A DNA stretch of 64,000 bases from the NCBI GenBank assembly GCA_004022145.1, contig RCNU01000001.1; one strand, 5' to 3'. Source of the DNA: Paecilomyces variotii. Lineage: Eukaryota. Positions within the stretch are counted from its first letter, which is position 1, and every line of letters starts with the position of its first letter. Below, piece after piece: positions 50,301-64,000 of the stretch. The position numbers were made by a program, and so were the translations under genes. The notes beneath the pieces are model-generated. The model saw only the letters and a list, made by a program, of their open reading frames with translations, did no database searches and was not told the DNA's origin.

Positions 50301-53300
50301 CTCTTCTCGTACCATGTCTGACTGGTTCTTGTAGACGACCTCCAGCATACGTAATTGTCGGGGTATTTCCCTACCAGACTGCAATTCACTGGATGATAGC
50401 AGGTACTAGAAGACCTGTGTCTGACAACTGTTCTCGGGTATCGACGGATCCGCAGTTGGTGGATGAGATTCGAGACTTGTCACCAGGTAGAACGGTGGGG
50501 AGTGCCAATAGCCGCAAAAATAGGAGGAACCACCGAGAATAATTGTTGAGGCGGTCAGACCGGAATCCGCTGACTGTTCCAGAGAAGCGTAGCGCGTACG
50601 GAGTAGATGGTTGTAAATAATAATGGAGGACTTGTCCTGGTGAGAAGAAGAAAGTCAGTTACTGAGTACTTAGAACTTGAAGCCAGCCTCCTCCAGGTCT
50701 TCAGAACTGGCTGATCCACCCTGAGACGATCGATCGCTCCCGGAGACAGTTCAAACCTAGGCGGGTCATCGAGTTGGTGTTCCTCAGTTTGCCCGCAGAT
50801 ATTCATGCAGGTACAGTAGCGACGCACATCGTTCAAGCAGCAGTGTACGGAGTACTGTACCGGCTCTAGCATCCGCAGCTGTCCATCAGCGGGGATTGTT
50901 TGAGACTTGAGTGCGTTCGTGGATCGCTTCCCGAGTGCCCTAACTCAATAACTAGTTGATCTCGACAACCACCGAGCTGCTGCATCAGTGCACCCTTACT
51001 CGTGAGTGATGGCTACTTTAGCATCCGGGGTAATAATCACTATGGTATTACTATTAACTATTATTGTTATACTTAGTTAGACTCTATAGTGACCCTTGAA
51101 ATCATATAGCCCATCCGCAATGCTGACATGTGCGCTTCGCTTTCAAGTTCGAAGCTATCGACCGCGACGCGTTACTTGCCAAATAATCACAATGCTATAT
51201 TACTATTCTCATTCAAAATATGGGCCTTTTGATTATTGAGCATGATGCTTTCCCCCTTGCCCTTTTTCCGACGAGAATTGGATAACTAATGCGCCATATT
51301 AGTCATGGAACAGATGCCTATCATCTCTTAACACGACAGATCGAAGTACGCCGGCAACCCTCAGCGAATGGAAGCTCATCTCCCTTGACCATAGGGTCCG
51401 ATTGTCGGACATCACACACTAATGAATGGCATGCGGAATGCGAACCCAAGCGATATTAGATCGGAGATTAAAATCGCTGTTCTGGCGCGCGAAACAATCT
51501 CGTTCAACGCCCTCTTACCTCTACTCTTGCGGAAAAGCCAATAGAAATGCAAGCCGCGGGAGTTGTCGTCGACGGATCTGATAGGGCATCCCTTGGAGAT
51601 TAGTGCAACATCACCATCTCGTTATGGACGACTCACTGCCTCCAAAGCTTCAGTCGAGCATCTCACTTGGAACTATCTTTATCTACCTCCCCCACTCGGG
51701 CGGCAAAGGCGAAATTTTAATCAGAGTAATAAGTCTCGCTCGAGGAGTATTCTCTGCATTTGCCACCAGGGTCAAACTCCCATGCATACATAGCTTTATT
51801 TTGCTAAGCTCGTGGCATCGTCGCAGACTGTTCGCTGTTGAGACTTTGGCCACCGGCGCTGCCGCGCTCAGTCTACTGCAAGGGCCACACCGGCGCACAG
51901 CTGCCAATGCAACAGAATTAAACTCACATTGCGTCCGCAGTGGTGCGCGCACGCGAGATCTACCGTACATCGATCCCATACGTTTAACCTTCTGGAAGAA
52001 AAACACAATATCAGCAGACTGCAATAACTGCCAGGTGCTGTGATATTTATTGTGGGGGACTAGTGTGGGACAATCTCGCTGCTTGATGATAATGAGCGCA
52101 CATTGTAACACATCGAGGGGTAGAACAGGTCTTCTAAGTCCTTGAAATTCCCCGCCTACATAACTAACACCCCGGAGTGAGCCAAAGGCGCCCTAACGCA
52201 TTAACCCGGCCCCTACAGATCCTGGGTTCTACGAAATCAACAGACACGCCCTCCTTCGAGAATGGACATCAAGGCCCTGAGAAGCGCCCGAAATAGCCTG
52301 GGTCTCACGGAACTTTCATTTGAGTAATACTCCGTAATCATGTTCGTATTCTCCTCGAGTATTACACTGCATGATCTCCACACTCGGTCCGGTTCATGAC
52401 ATTCACGAACACAGAAAATCAGCGACGACCAGTCATGGAGCTCCGTTTTGACCTCGTAGCTAAATCCTAGTAATATCGACATGGTCCATTGACTTGCCTG
52501 AGAGAGCATCGCAGTATAAAACCATTGTGCAGCTGGCGATAGCATTACTCGGGGAAATTCATTCAGCAATGGTATTCGAACCGAGCCAGTGCTTGATCAT
52601 CGCTCAGATATTCCGTGCTTCTCATATCAGGACATCCTTGGGAACCTGGAAAAAGTCTATAGCTCCACCGTTATTGCTTGATTGGCGATTCCAAAGTTAG
52701 ATAAGATGTCGTGTTTCGCTCGCATTGGAAGAAAGGAAACGATGACTCTGTTGCGAGCGGTTGTGCGACAGAGTCACGGGTGACACTTTGTGATTTGATA
52801 TCCTCGGCACGGCCGACAAGGATTGAGTGACCGCAAAATGATCGCTCCCCTCCTCTTCTCTCTATCTTTCTTCCTTCCTGGTGGCGAGACTGCCGTGTTT
52901 ATCCACGAGAGAGATCCCCATGGGCCAAGAGGGCCAGTCAGGATACATGAGAGCAGCGATATACAACTCCCGGCGCCATCGACTGGCTGCGGAAGCGACC
53001 ACGTATCTGACACACCGGCGATGTCGTTGACCGACTAACTTCCTGACCAGCGACCAGGTGGCTGCCCCGATGTGGTGTCGGTTCACGACGGCGCCTTGTG
53101 CTGGACCACACGGATCTGCCAAAGCTCCATCTTCAAGAGACTATCCCGCGTTTGCCATCTGACCGCCAGTATCACCAAGCGGCCCCCACCCCTCACTACT
53201 CTCTCCCCTTGCTTCCCTGCGTCGCGGAGGAGGGTTGAACCTTGAGGAAGAAGTCGAAAACAGCCTTCTGTTCTCTCAGGGATCCTGTCAGAATCTCAGC

Positions 53301-55174
53301 TGAGCACCGGGCCAGGTTTCAGCTGCAACGACCCGTGGTTGCATATGCGACCGATCCGCGCCACGAGTCTCCATCTTTTTTTAAATTCTTCGAGAGCTTT
53401 GCCAGTCACTACTCTATTGTTAACCAGTGAGACCGCTCTCTTCTAGCCCTTTTTTCTTTTCTCCGTACGGAGATTCCGTATCGATTATCCACAAGACTCC
53501 CTCTCAAATCCCGGTTTTTCTGGTATCTTGCAAAGAAAGGATCCAAGCGCTCTCTCTCTGAGGGATCTGCTGGGTTGTCACAACTAGATAGTGCTCGGGC
53601 CTTCTTTTGGCGGTGGCAGTTCACTGTGTGACCGTTGCTCGCTATCCTTGATCGACCGGTAAGGATCGAAACGACGGGGACCGAACGGACCTCAAATCTC
53701 TTTGTGCGGGAGACCCACGCGATCTTCAGTGCAGGACTTGAGAGTAGTTTGCTAAGACCGCTTGGATAGGGCTAAACGTCAAGCTCGGAGACTACTCCAT
53801 ACCCGTATGCAGTCATCGGGGACGCCGTCCGTCCAGACTCCATTGGGACGTGCGAATGATAGTTATTCCTTGCGTCAGAAGTTCGACAGCCTAGAAGCAC
53901 AATTTGCCCATCTATTACCACTCCTTCACTGACCGGGTCTGAAACCTGACACATCTCACTTTTCTTCTTCACGTGGGTATTAATCGATAATTTGCATCCT
54001 CCACACGCCTGTCGTTCTCACGGACACGCATGGGAAAAGAACTCAGTTTAACGGGTAGCAAGAAATATCCCAAGACATTATTCCCAAGAGAATAAAACGG
54101 TCAGCAAAGAAAGAACTAGTTAGCCTATCCTTGACTATGTACTTCTAATAGTGGGACGCGCTTGACAGCCCTAACTTAACCATATATTCCTTTACCGGCT
54201 GCAGTTCATACTCTCTTAACTTCGCGGAAGTGGCACCGGAACTTCCCCCAGTTTGATTCTGATACGCCCTCGAATTTTATCGGTGCGGCCGATAATCAAA
54301 GTTGCATGAGTGGCTTCTGTTTCAGTCCTTGGCGATTGAGCGATTGAAGGATAGTTACGAGTCCCAGCCACTGACATAATTATCGATTTACTCTTGCAAA
54401 CGCCCTTTTTCTCTTTTCTAGGCCTACAGGAAAGTTTAATAGTTGCCGCTAAGTCTCAATTCTATTTTAATATCGTTACTCGGTTGGTATATACTATATG
54501 ATTAACATTATATTATGGATAGTAACTAATTGATTAATTGATTTCTCCATAACTCGTATAACCGGGGATCCATAATAGCGTGGCTTTTTCTCTTTCTTCG
54601 GACCCTCTCCTTTCCCCGACCACCCCACAGTGGCTTCCTTTTGTATTTTTCTTATTTCTGTGATCTTATAATCCACTGTAATAAATAATGTCTGTAGTAC
54701 ATTCACTTCCCTTCAAACCATATGTATTTATTAGTACTAGTACGCACCTTAGCAACATGGTCCTTTCAAGACCTGTCATTCAATCGATTACGAAGCTGAA
54801 TAATGAAATTAACTATTATCCAAGACCCAAGAAACAAATAATTAGCTGTCAATCCATCCCTCAATCGATCCAGCCATCCATCCATCCCTTCCGGGCCATT
54901 CCTTCCCGGTTCTAGAACTCAGAGAGAGAAAAAAAAGGTACGTATACGTATTTAGTATGGGACAATTCGGGATAGGATTCAACGATGAAATAATAGGATA
55001 AAACAACATAAGAGGTCAAATCATCTCAATTCCGTATCTTTTTCTCTACTTCTCAATCTCCACATGAAGATCCTCCTGGCTTCCTTCCCTTCCCTTCCCT
55101 GCCCCCCATTCCCTTTTTCCACTTAGATATTCTTCGCGTTGTATAATTACACGAAAAGACTAAACTAGAAGATT

Positions 55175-55208
55175 CTTTTCTTTTCTTTTCTTTTCTTTTC
55201 TTTCTTTC
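55175..55208. repeat. (CTTTT)n tract
   Basis: Seen directly. Confidence 0.85.
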
Positions 55209-56372
55209 GTATCCAGCCCGTCAGCTCTTAGTTAGCCCCATATGTAGTTACTAGTTAGTTAGTTAGTAAGACATCTCTGCCCCAGAACCGAAAATAATGC
55301 TTATGCCCCTTGCATACAACTATGCATATGTAACGACTTCCGCGTGGCTGGCGTGGTGTGAATTTCAGAATAAATAGAATAGTACTTACTTACTTACTAG
55401 AGTGGGATTAAGGAGGCAGAGAGGAATGTGATATGGGGTTTCGTTATACCAAACGTGTGCATGTTTTAGGTTATGTATGTACTACGTACTATGTACGATA
55501 GAGTGAGTACGCAGGAGGATCGGTGATGATGTGGTGATCTTCATGTCTACCATAAGTAGTAGATCGAAAGATGATTGATGATTCGATCCTGATGGGAAAG
55601 AATGGAGAAGTATAGTGAATAATAGGACTGAATGGCATGTACCAGTACTCAAATTAACGAGGGTTGGTTATCGTGTATTCTTCATTGTTGGTGTTGGTGT
55701 TTGTGTATGTGTGTGTCATATTGTGTTAGGAAGCTATGTGGTGGTTAGTGTAGGTGACCCGATGAACTAGGTTTTCTTTTTCAGGTAATGGGACATTAGA
55801 CCGATTTTGTACCATGCCCCCGATACAATAGATACTTGTTCCTTTTAGATGCATTAATTAGACGATGGATTCAATGTTTTGCAGAGGTGTAGTTAGAAAT
55901 AGCATATTTCTATATTTTTAGAGTCATCGTTTCCCAGTGATATATATACGTAAACAGGCCGAATCATACTAGGTTCCATTACGGTCATATAATCGCTTTT
56001 TTCAAAGATAGATCCAATTCCAGGTATTATCAAGCATTTGGATTCTTTTTTTTTTCTCCCTCTATGTTCCATCCACGAAGATAGGCGCGGTGCGAAATAG
56101 AAGCCCAATTCTCGATAGCAAGCGAGATATGTACAGTTCAATGACCGCTTGATGTAGCCTGATATATTCCGAAAAAAAGGGAAGCGAGGTTCTATTTTTT
56201 TTTTTAAAGCTCTTCATGGCTAAAGCAAAGAGCGAAAAACTTCCCATTCTTGTCAGCCCTGCTGCAATACCATACCCAAGTCCCAATCATCCGTAACCCA
56301 GTTTGGATATCGTCAACCGTCCAAAGAAAAGTACCCCCGTTCCGTAAATCTTGCCTACCCAAATGCCTGCTC

Positions 56373-59300
56373 TCAAGGACCCTTCCTGTTTATCTGCGAA
56401 GTGTATGCATCGGTGAACATCTGCTGTAAGATATTCATCCATTCTTGCTGGCGATGGGAGAGCGGTTTCTGGGGGTTCTTGAATGTTCCAGACAGGATCT
56501 CCCGCACTTTACTGCCGAGGATTTTGAGAGCTAGAATGGATTTCCAGTCCTTGACGGAAAATCGGATACGGTTGTTGTCGATGGATATTATTCCGGCATA
56601 TAACTAAATTTGAAGTTAGCAAAGGGTTTCATCTTCAGATCAATGTCATGCGGAGTTTAATACCTTGAACTCCGCTTCTCCACACAGCAAAGCAACGGCA
56701 AAGTCGTCCACAGCGCTTGTCTCATGGGCGTTGTAGAACTTGTTGCGCGCCTGCATGATGTGGTAAAACGATAGCCACTTGATACTAGCATCTGCTTGCT
56801 TGTTGACGGATGTTGGATGGAGGCTCACGGCCTGGTTGTTGGAGACATTGCGCCAGCCTTTGCCTTCGCGGGAGAGCAACTTGGGATAGAAACTCCACGC
56901 AATGACCGAGGTGACAACTAGATCACTAGCGCTATTTACGTCGAACCGCTCAGGGACTACAAAGAATTGACGCTGGCGGCCAGAGAAACGGGCCCTTTCC
57001 CAGATGCATTAGTTGGAAGAGCAGGGTAAAGGCAAACCGAGGGGATGCTCACCTCTTTAAAGAAGCCTGTTCCGTATCGTCGAGCTTCATCAAGCCTGTA
57101 TCTGCAATGGAGACCAGAAGCTGCATCTTGATATCTTCGATACTGAGAAGCGCCTGAGGACTGAGGAAATTACTCCGGCAAAAGGAGTATTCGTTTATTC
57201 CCGGTGAGTTCCTTATCCGCTTCCATGCGCAGTAAGCATTGTACACGGTGAGAAGATCCGAGTCTCCTGGGATATGCATTTAGTAAACTCGCCTATAAAC
57301 ATATTAGGTATTTTACCTTTCTTGAAAGACAACCTAGCAAGTTCTTTCTGAGTGTTGGAGCCCATTGTATTGACAAAAGGTGACTTGGAAGACAAGATAG
57401 CCGCAATGCTCACAGAGGCATCTAGGCACTTGAAGAAAGCGCCGTAGATGATGAGCTTCCCTAGGAAGACATCCAGCGGAAGTTTTGCGAGCTGTCTTCC
57501 GAGCGGCGTAAGAGTTTCTGAATTCGTCAGAGCCTTCACTTCTTTCAAAGAGTCGATTGCCCGTCTGATATTCTTTGATGATGGCGGATCAAGAGCCTCA
57601 AGAAGAGTCTGCTCAACGTCGCCCAAGTTGCAGATCTTGACGCGTAAGACCAAATCTTGTAGGGAAAGCCTAAGCATCTCGGGGGTCTGCTGTTCCGCGA
57701 GCTGTTTATCGTGTTAGCGATTGCAGTCCAGTTCCAAGTCAAACCTGGACTTACCAGGCTATCATGTCTATGTTTCGTAAATAAATGGAAACATATTCCA
57801 GTCTGAACTCGCCCAGCTCTTCCACGACGTTGTTTTGCATTTGCGCGTGAGATAAACGATTCCACAAGTCGCGAAAGCTGTCGTCTCTCGTCGAATCTAT
57901 ACAAGTTCTTAGCTTTGGCCAGTAAGTACCACGAATTAACACTAACCGCATCACTTTCTCCTTTCCGGCATCAATAACGGCAGTGATATCGGGAATTGTG
58001 ATACCTAATCAGATTAGCAAAGCAGAAGCAACTAGTTTGGAGATCACCCACCGGTTTCCGCAATATTGGTTGCGATAACGATTTTTCTTGTTCCCTCCGG
58101 GGGCACAAGGAAAGCTTTCTCCTGATCTTCGCTGGGAATAGACGAGTGAAGAGCATGGACTATCCAGCCTCTCCCAAAAGCCGGGTCTGACAAGATCTCA
58201 TCATTAAGCCGGCGGATCTCCGCCATACCAGGCATAAACACTAGAATGGCTTTACTGTACCATTCCAAATTAGGATCGGTGGCAATCTTCGCCAACAATC
58301 TCGTGATCAGATGGTAGTCTAGTCGATACTCGTCGAAGTTAGTGACTGTGTCTCTGGTTTGTTTTGAATAGCCTTCCAGCGTCGACCCAAGACCCCCGGC
58401 CCCCTCTTCGCCAGGGCTGTCCGGAGAAGGTTCTGCGACATCATCGTCGAGCGCAGAGGACTGGTCATCCAGAAGACGATAATTGGTCATTTCAACAGCA
58501 TCTTCGAGATATTTGACTTCCACAGGGAAGGTCCGCCCGGGGATATTCAACACAGGGACGCCACCTAAATAGGACGAGAAACGTTGGGCGTCGACCGTAG
58601 CTGACATCAAAACGAGCTTTAGATCTGGTCTTTGTTGCATCAATCTCCGCAGGATTATCAGCAGGAAGTCGCTATCGATGGTCCGCTCGTGTACCTCATC
58701 CAGTACAACATGCGAGATATCTTGAAAGTCCTGAGGGCGCTCTAGCATCCGTACTACTACTCCCGTTGTTCTAGTTTGTGTCAGTTATCACAGCCGATGA
58801 TGTTAGAATAAGGGCTAGTGACATACGCGTATACCAGCTTCGTGGATTGAGTGAGCTTGCTTTCCAGTCTAATTGCATATCCCACGAGAGACCTTGACGT
58901 CCCAATGTCGTTTTTATTTTCTCCCAACTCTTCACTGACTCTCCGCGCCAACGATATCGCGGAGATTCGGCGAGGCTCCGTGACATATATCTTGCAATTG
59001 CGACCTTCTATCAACTCGTGTTCAAGGATAAAGGAAGGTATTTGCGTGCTCTTTCCACTACCCGTCTCACTGCATATAATGATCGCCTGGTGAGAGTCGA
59101 GTGTCTTGAGAATCTCGTCCTTGTACGCCCATATCGGTAGATTCATCCTTGACTGGACCATACGGTTGAACGCGGGAGTTGAAGCCTTGGCTCTCCATAT
59201 GCTTGCCAATTCATCTGACGGCCCGACATTACCAGAAGGGCGTTGTTTCGTAGAAGGCTCTACCTCGCCTCCGTTTCCGTTTCTCTTTCTGAAGTTGTGT

Positions 59301-61248
59301 GTTAGAACAACATCATGTTCAGACTTCCCTGTGCATTCCTGAATGAGATATTTCAGTCCCCGGACAGTCTTCTTATCGGACTCATCCTCCTGTTCCTTCC
59401 TTAGACTCGCGAATTCTCCCCATAGGTCTCTCCAGACCGCTGGGAGACGCAAATAGGCTTTTGATTCCTTCGAACTCTGCCCGAATATAAGGAAAAGCGC
59501 CAAAGTCGAGACGTATCCTTCTGCCTCCTGAGACGTTTGGGTGGCAATCGTGTCCATTGAAGCAAACACGACATAAGGATTTGATTTGAGTGTCACCACA
59601 TCCAAAGTGAGAGGCAATGGCGTGTCCTGCGGTTTCGACCATTTCACCTCCACAGCTTTTCGATTAGAATACGACGATAGTGAAATATCCTTGTATGTTA
59701 CTTTGCAATTCGCGTCTCTAAACGTTCCGAAACCACGTCAGAATATCTACCAGAGAAGCGGATAGAAACGACTGACCTTGCCTTACAAGCATCTTCGAAC
59801 ACACGTCGAGGACTTAACCCAGTCCATTTCCCGAAATTACGGACCTGGATATTAGCGGGAGCAGGCCCAGCCTGAGCTGTCAGCTCTGTGGTTGATCCTT
59901 CGGCGGAAAACATATCACCGAAGAGGCCTAGGCTCTCGTCTTCGGCTTGAGGTGAGTTCATAGCAGCTAGTTCTTCCTCCGCTATTTTCTCTGCTTCGTC
60001 CGTTATGCGCTGCGCGGCCGAGTCTTCAGGCCGTGGTTCAGCAGTCTTTCGGACAAATGCTGCCTCTCTCCTAAGGTTGACTAGTATGTCCTTCCATCGA
60101 TCTTCCGCTTCCGCTTGATCAAAGAGAATGTCATTTTCAATCTTCGATAACTTGTATTTGATTTTGGCGACTTGAGGATCGGAATCGCGCTCAGATCCTT
60201 TCTGTCCTTTCTTGCCCTTCTTCGGTTGGTCAAAGTGATCGGGCTGAAGATTGTATAGCTGAGTGCGGAGGTTTAGAAATTCTGGAGTAAGATTATCTGG
60301 GTCAAGAGAACCATCAGAATCATCAAGGTCGAAATCGGGCACGCTCGCCACTGTGGGCTGGCTTTTCGGCTTCTTTACTGCTGCGTCAGTCTGCGAGGCA
60401 ATGGATGGAGTAGACGAACGTGGCTGCTCGATTTCTGGCCAGGATTAGCTTCATCATATGTGCAATGGCTTCCAAGATCATTTACCGTTCAACCATGACG
60501 ATTTCATGTCTGACCCCTTGGGTGCCGGGGCCTTGTCCAGATAGGGTGGAAGTTCATTGGGGTCACAATTCATGGCAAGCCATTCCAAAGACTCTTCCAG
60601 ATTCCAAATGACATCTTTACTATTACTTGTAGGGTTCCCGGAAAAGTATACCAAGATATGCTTCAATGCCTCTTGTATCTTTGGTTCCGGAAATCCAAGC
60701 TTAAGCAATGTCTCTCTCAATGTCCAGACTCTAACACATAGGTCCTCTTCTGAAGTAGGACCCTTTGATTCATTGGAATCGTATGCGGGAGGAGGATCGG
60801 TCTCATGCTGCTCTTTTTGAGCTAGATTAAGTAGCTGATCCAATATTTCTGGAGACAACCAATCTGTCAGGCTCAATGTATTCGCTTGAGGGCGAAGGAC
60901 ACGTCGCTCCGTCTCAAGTTTAGCCACCTGACGGGCGGAATCGCTTTTACATTTAGACGCGTATTTATCAACTAGTAATTGTAACTCTGCCTCTTCAAGG
61001 TGTTTCTCAAGATCCTCAGGGCTGTAGTCTTTTAGCGCCTGGCCCTCCGGCGCGGCGGTAGCAGCAGCAGCAGCAGGCTCGCTCACTGGGACTGGCTGAG
61101 ATTTCTCAACATCCGATGCAGCAGTGGATTCTGCGGCGGAGGAGACAGTTGGAGAATCAGTGGTCTTTATCTTTGAAGGGACAGAAACAGTTGCAAAGCC
61201 TCGCGCGGGGTTTGACGCTGGCTTCTTCTTTTTCTTGTTCGGCGGCAT
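56373..61248 (-). CDS. DExH-box (RHA family) RNA helicase, DHX29/DHX57-like; about 9 introns
   Basis: [47 protein letters not shown]2 region [14 protein letters not shown]; long N-terminal extension starting [20 protein letters not shown]. Confidence 0.92.
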
Positions 61249-61549
61249 AGTGAGCCAACACCAGGAACAACAGCCGCAAAGGCCCTAGTGAAAGGACGAA
61301 GACCAGATCGAGAGAAAGTGAAAGACAGCAAGTCAGTGTGAGCTGACCTGAAAAGAACGAAAGCGTGCGTGATGAGACGCGAGAAGATGGAAGATGGGTA
61401 GTCATCAACCCATCGGAGCGGCGATGTTCCCAGCCTGCGGGTGACGGAGCTCTCCCCACAACGTCGAAAACTTTTATGACACAATAGCGGGACGCGCCAA
61501 ACTGCTCGACCAGGAGGATCGTCCACGTCGACATGTCCCATGCCCCAAT

Positions 61550-64000
61550 ATGGACGACGAACAATGGAATGAAGTGAAGAACGGGGACCTGGAGAGCCTG
61601 GGCAACGTCCTGCTGTCGAGCTCGACGTCCAGGAGAATTCGTGCTCTCCAGGAACTTCGGGATAAGAATGGTAAATCCCCCGCCTCATGCTCAAGCCAGC
61701 CCGATCACTGACAGCTCTACAGGCGCTGTTCTTGCGCAGCCCTTTCAGATTCCTCTTCTAGAGCTCTTATTTCGGACATACCCTCTTTATGTCGATCGTC
61801 CATCACGTCAAGCTGTCCAGCAATGTCTGCGCGCCATCCTGCGGGCTCCCATCAAGGCAGATGAACTGAAATATCTGATTCAGAGGCTGCTGAAGGAATC
61901 CTCCAAGCCAACGTTGGCTCCCTCGTCGGCGTTCGTTCTAGTGGAATGGTGTTCTGTTATCCTACAATTCTTTCGCGATGACCCGAACATCCCTCTGTCA
62001 ATGATCCTGGATATCTTATCGGCTGATGCCAGACTGTTGGAGGTTTGCCTGGGAGGAACACCGAGAGCAGCTGTGAGGCAGTCCGCTATCAGGGTTACCA
62101 GACGTGCTCTTAGGGCGACCTTCTCATCAGAACTGCGCGGCCCAGATGCTATACAGGAGATCGTTACGCGACTCACAACTGCTTCAACTGGGGCGCAGAA
62201 AAATGCACCTTTCCTTGGAGTTGTCTCTGGTGTCTCTGCCCGGCTTCCAGACAGAAAAAATGTTATGGAGGGACAAAAGAAGAAGGTTCTAACGTTCTAT
62301 GCCAAGGAAATTCTGGGTGCTCGGGCTTTGGTTCCTGCTCACATAGCCAGCGGCCTGTCTGACTTTTTTGCCTCTTTCGTTACATATGAAGACTTGACGT
62401 CGGACGTACTTCCGACTCTCGAGAAGGCTATTCTGAGGTCACCAGAAGTAGTACTAGGTGGTCTAGTCCCGCCGCTCTGCTCTTCAATTTCTGAAGAGAT
62501 CGACCTTTCCGAGGTTTTCTATTCTCGTCTTCTAAAGCCTCTGCTGTCAAGCCTCAAGTCGACAAACCCGGCAATCAGACAAGGTGCTTCTCTGTCCTTC
62601 GCGTCATTTATCTCAAAATGCAAGACGGAGAGTTGGCTGGGCAAGGTCACGAGCGAGATCATCGGCCCACTGAAGACTCAGAAGATTACAAATGCCGATC
62701 AGCGTGCGGTCCATGCTGAAGTACTCTCGTCTATTCCATGCTTCATTGACCTGTCCCAGGAGATAGTTCGCGGCCTAGTTCCCGTGTTCTCTCGGGAATC
62801 GAACGAGCCGACCTTGGAAAAAGAGATCGGTGCATTCTGCAAACACCTTGAGTTCCTCATTCGCTCCAAGGTCACTATCTCTGACGACGTTATAAGTGCT
62901 CTCGTGAAAGGTTCTGCAGATAAGCGAGTGCCCTTCAAAAAGCTTTGGCAGCTTAATGTTGCGGAATTGCTTTGGAATCTCGATGACGGAGTTCTTCTTG
63001 ATTCTCAGAACCAGTCGCTCATTTCTCAATTTGTGGGCAAGCTGAAGGACACCTTCAATGAGACTGTCTCCAATCCTTTACCTGCAGCTCAAAGCGGTTC
63101 TGTAACAGGAGCATATGCATTTGTTGCGCTGTCCGGCAGGAGATCCAGGAACAAGGAAGATGCTGCATCGTCGGACTGGGCAGACATTGTGAAGCAGTCC
63201 ATGACACTGGCCCCGAAACCATCCTTTGTACTCAACCCCAAGGTTTATTCTAAACTAGTGACTCCGGGTGATTTCTCATGGGAGACAAGGGCCCTTGCTG
63301 CTCTTGCAACGGAGCGAGGTTTCATACAAGCAGACCCTGCCGCGAAGAACTCCTGGGCTCAGGCTTTCCTCTACGCTATAACCGGCACCGAAGTGTCCGC
63401 TAAGACTCGAGAGGAAGCGGTTAATGTGTTGTCTGATGTTTACCTGAAGAATCCGGCTGTGATTGGGAATGCAGTGATTGATGCTTTGTGGAGTTGGATT
63501 GCATCTTGCGTCAACGGCGAAAAGGAATCTGCGGCGGTAATGGCAGGACCAAACAGCGTGAACTTCCTTCATCTGGGGGTAAAAGCAATCTGCCCTCGTC
63601 TTTCGGATTGGCAGAAGACGGGAAATGCAGGATGTGAGGCTGCACTGAAAGACCAGCTCATTCAGCTCATTGTTCTTTGCCGCCCAGGACTTGTACCTGG
63701 TTTTTCTTGGATCGACTTGTGCCTACGGGTCGGTATAGATCCTGGAAATTTGGTCCGCGAACATACCAATGAGTTCATGAAGCAATTGACTAGCGTACTT
63801 GAAAACCCGGTCCGGTCAAAGCTGTCTCAAGCGAAGGCTGCTGTCGGAGGTGCCGCCGGAGACCTAGCATTCGTGGCTCCAGACGAAATGGTACCGCTTC
63901 TTGTGGATCAGATTCGAGATGACTTGGATGTTGCGCGTATATCCAAATTCACACCAACTGATGCTGCAATCGCCCGCACCCCAGAGGGGACGACATTCGT
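61550..64000 (+). CDS. GCN1: eIF2-alpha kinase activator GCN1 (HEAT repeats), 5' part, runs off the window; exon 61550-61670, then from 61723
   Basis: SSSTSRRI..LLELLFRTYPLYVDRPSRQAVQQCL, LEKAILRSPEVVL, KPSFVLNPKVYSKL, SWIDLCLR, AAGDLAFVAP..IARTPEGTTF; frame appears open to the window end. Confidence 0.88.

Noticed and set aside
1-64000. CRISPR arrays, operons, tRNA, rRNA and snoRNA genes
   Set aside because: Eukaryotic intron-containing DNA; no repeat-spacer array, cloverleaf or 5S/rDNA sequence recognised by eye. A covariance-model scan would be needed to exclude small RNAs.

Overview
Eukaryotic DNA from a filamentous ascomycete; the gene content and short GT-AG introns with CTRAC branch sites suggest Eurotiales. 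I reconstructed 15 mostly intron-containing protein genes by hand. In order: tandem-PH protein, GT15 KRE2/KTR mannosyltransferase, GPI-anchored wall protein, mitochondrial SHMT, CinA/PncC-like protein, an orphan ORF, MOSC protein, patatin-fold protein, Zn2Cys6 factor, NIPA/DUF803 transporter, stand-alone BRCT protein, a 5-exon Myb/SANT-like coiled-coil protein only partly visible in the ORF track, the APSES regulator StuA, a DHX29/57-like DExH helicase and the 5' part of GCN1. A RIP-like degenerate repeat with a possible solo LTR lies at about 39-40.2 kb, and about 12 kb upstream of stuA has no recognisable gene. The most notable signal is an AUG-free, in-frame 144-codon open extension upstream of the StuA AUG, with a CUG in strong context, inside a 1.4-kb region holding only one AUG (a start-stop). 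This suggests non-AUG initiation or translational control. Other signals are a CinA-like protein with a PTS1 and an altered catalytic dyad, a patatin lacking its catalytic Ser, an exon-plus-intron duplication in the GPI gene, and a probable GC-AG intron in the Myb-like gene. I recognised no rRNA, tRNA or CRISPR. All family calls come from motif recognition, not database searches.
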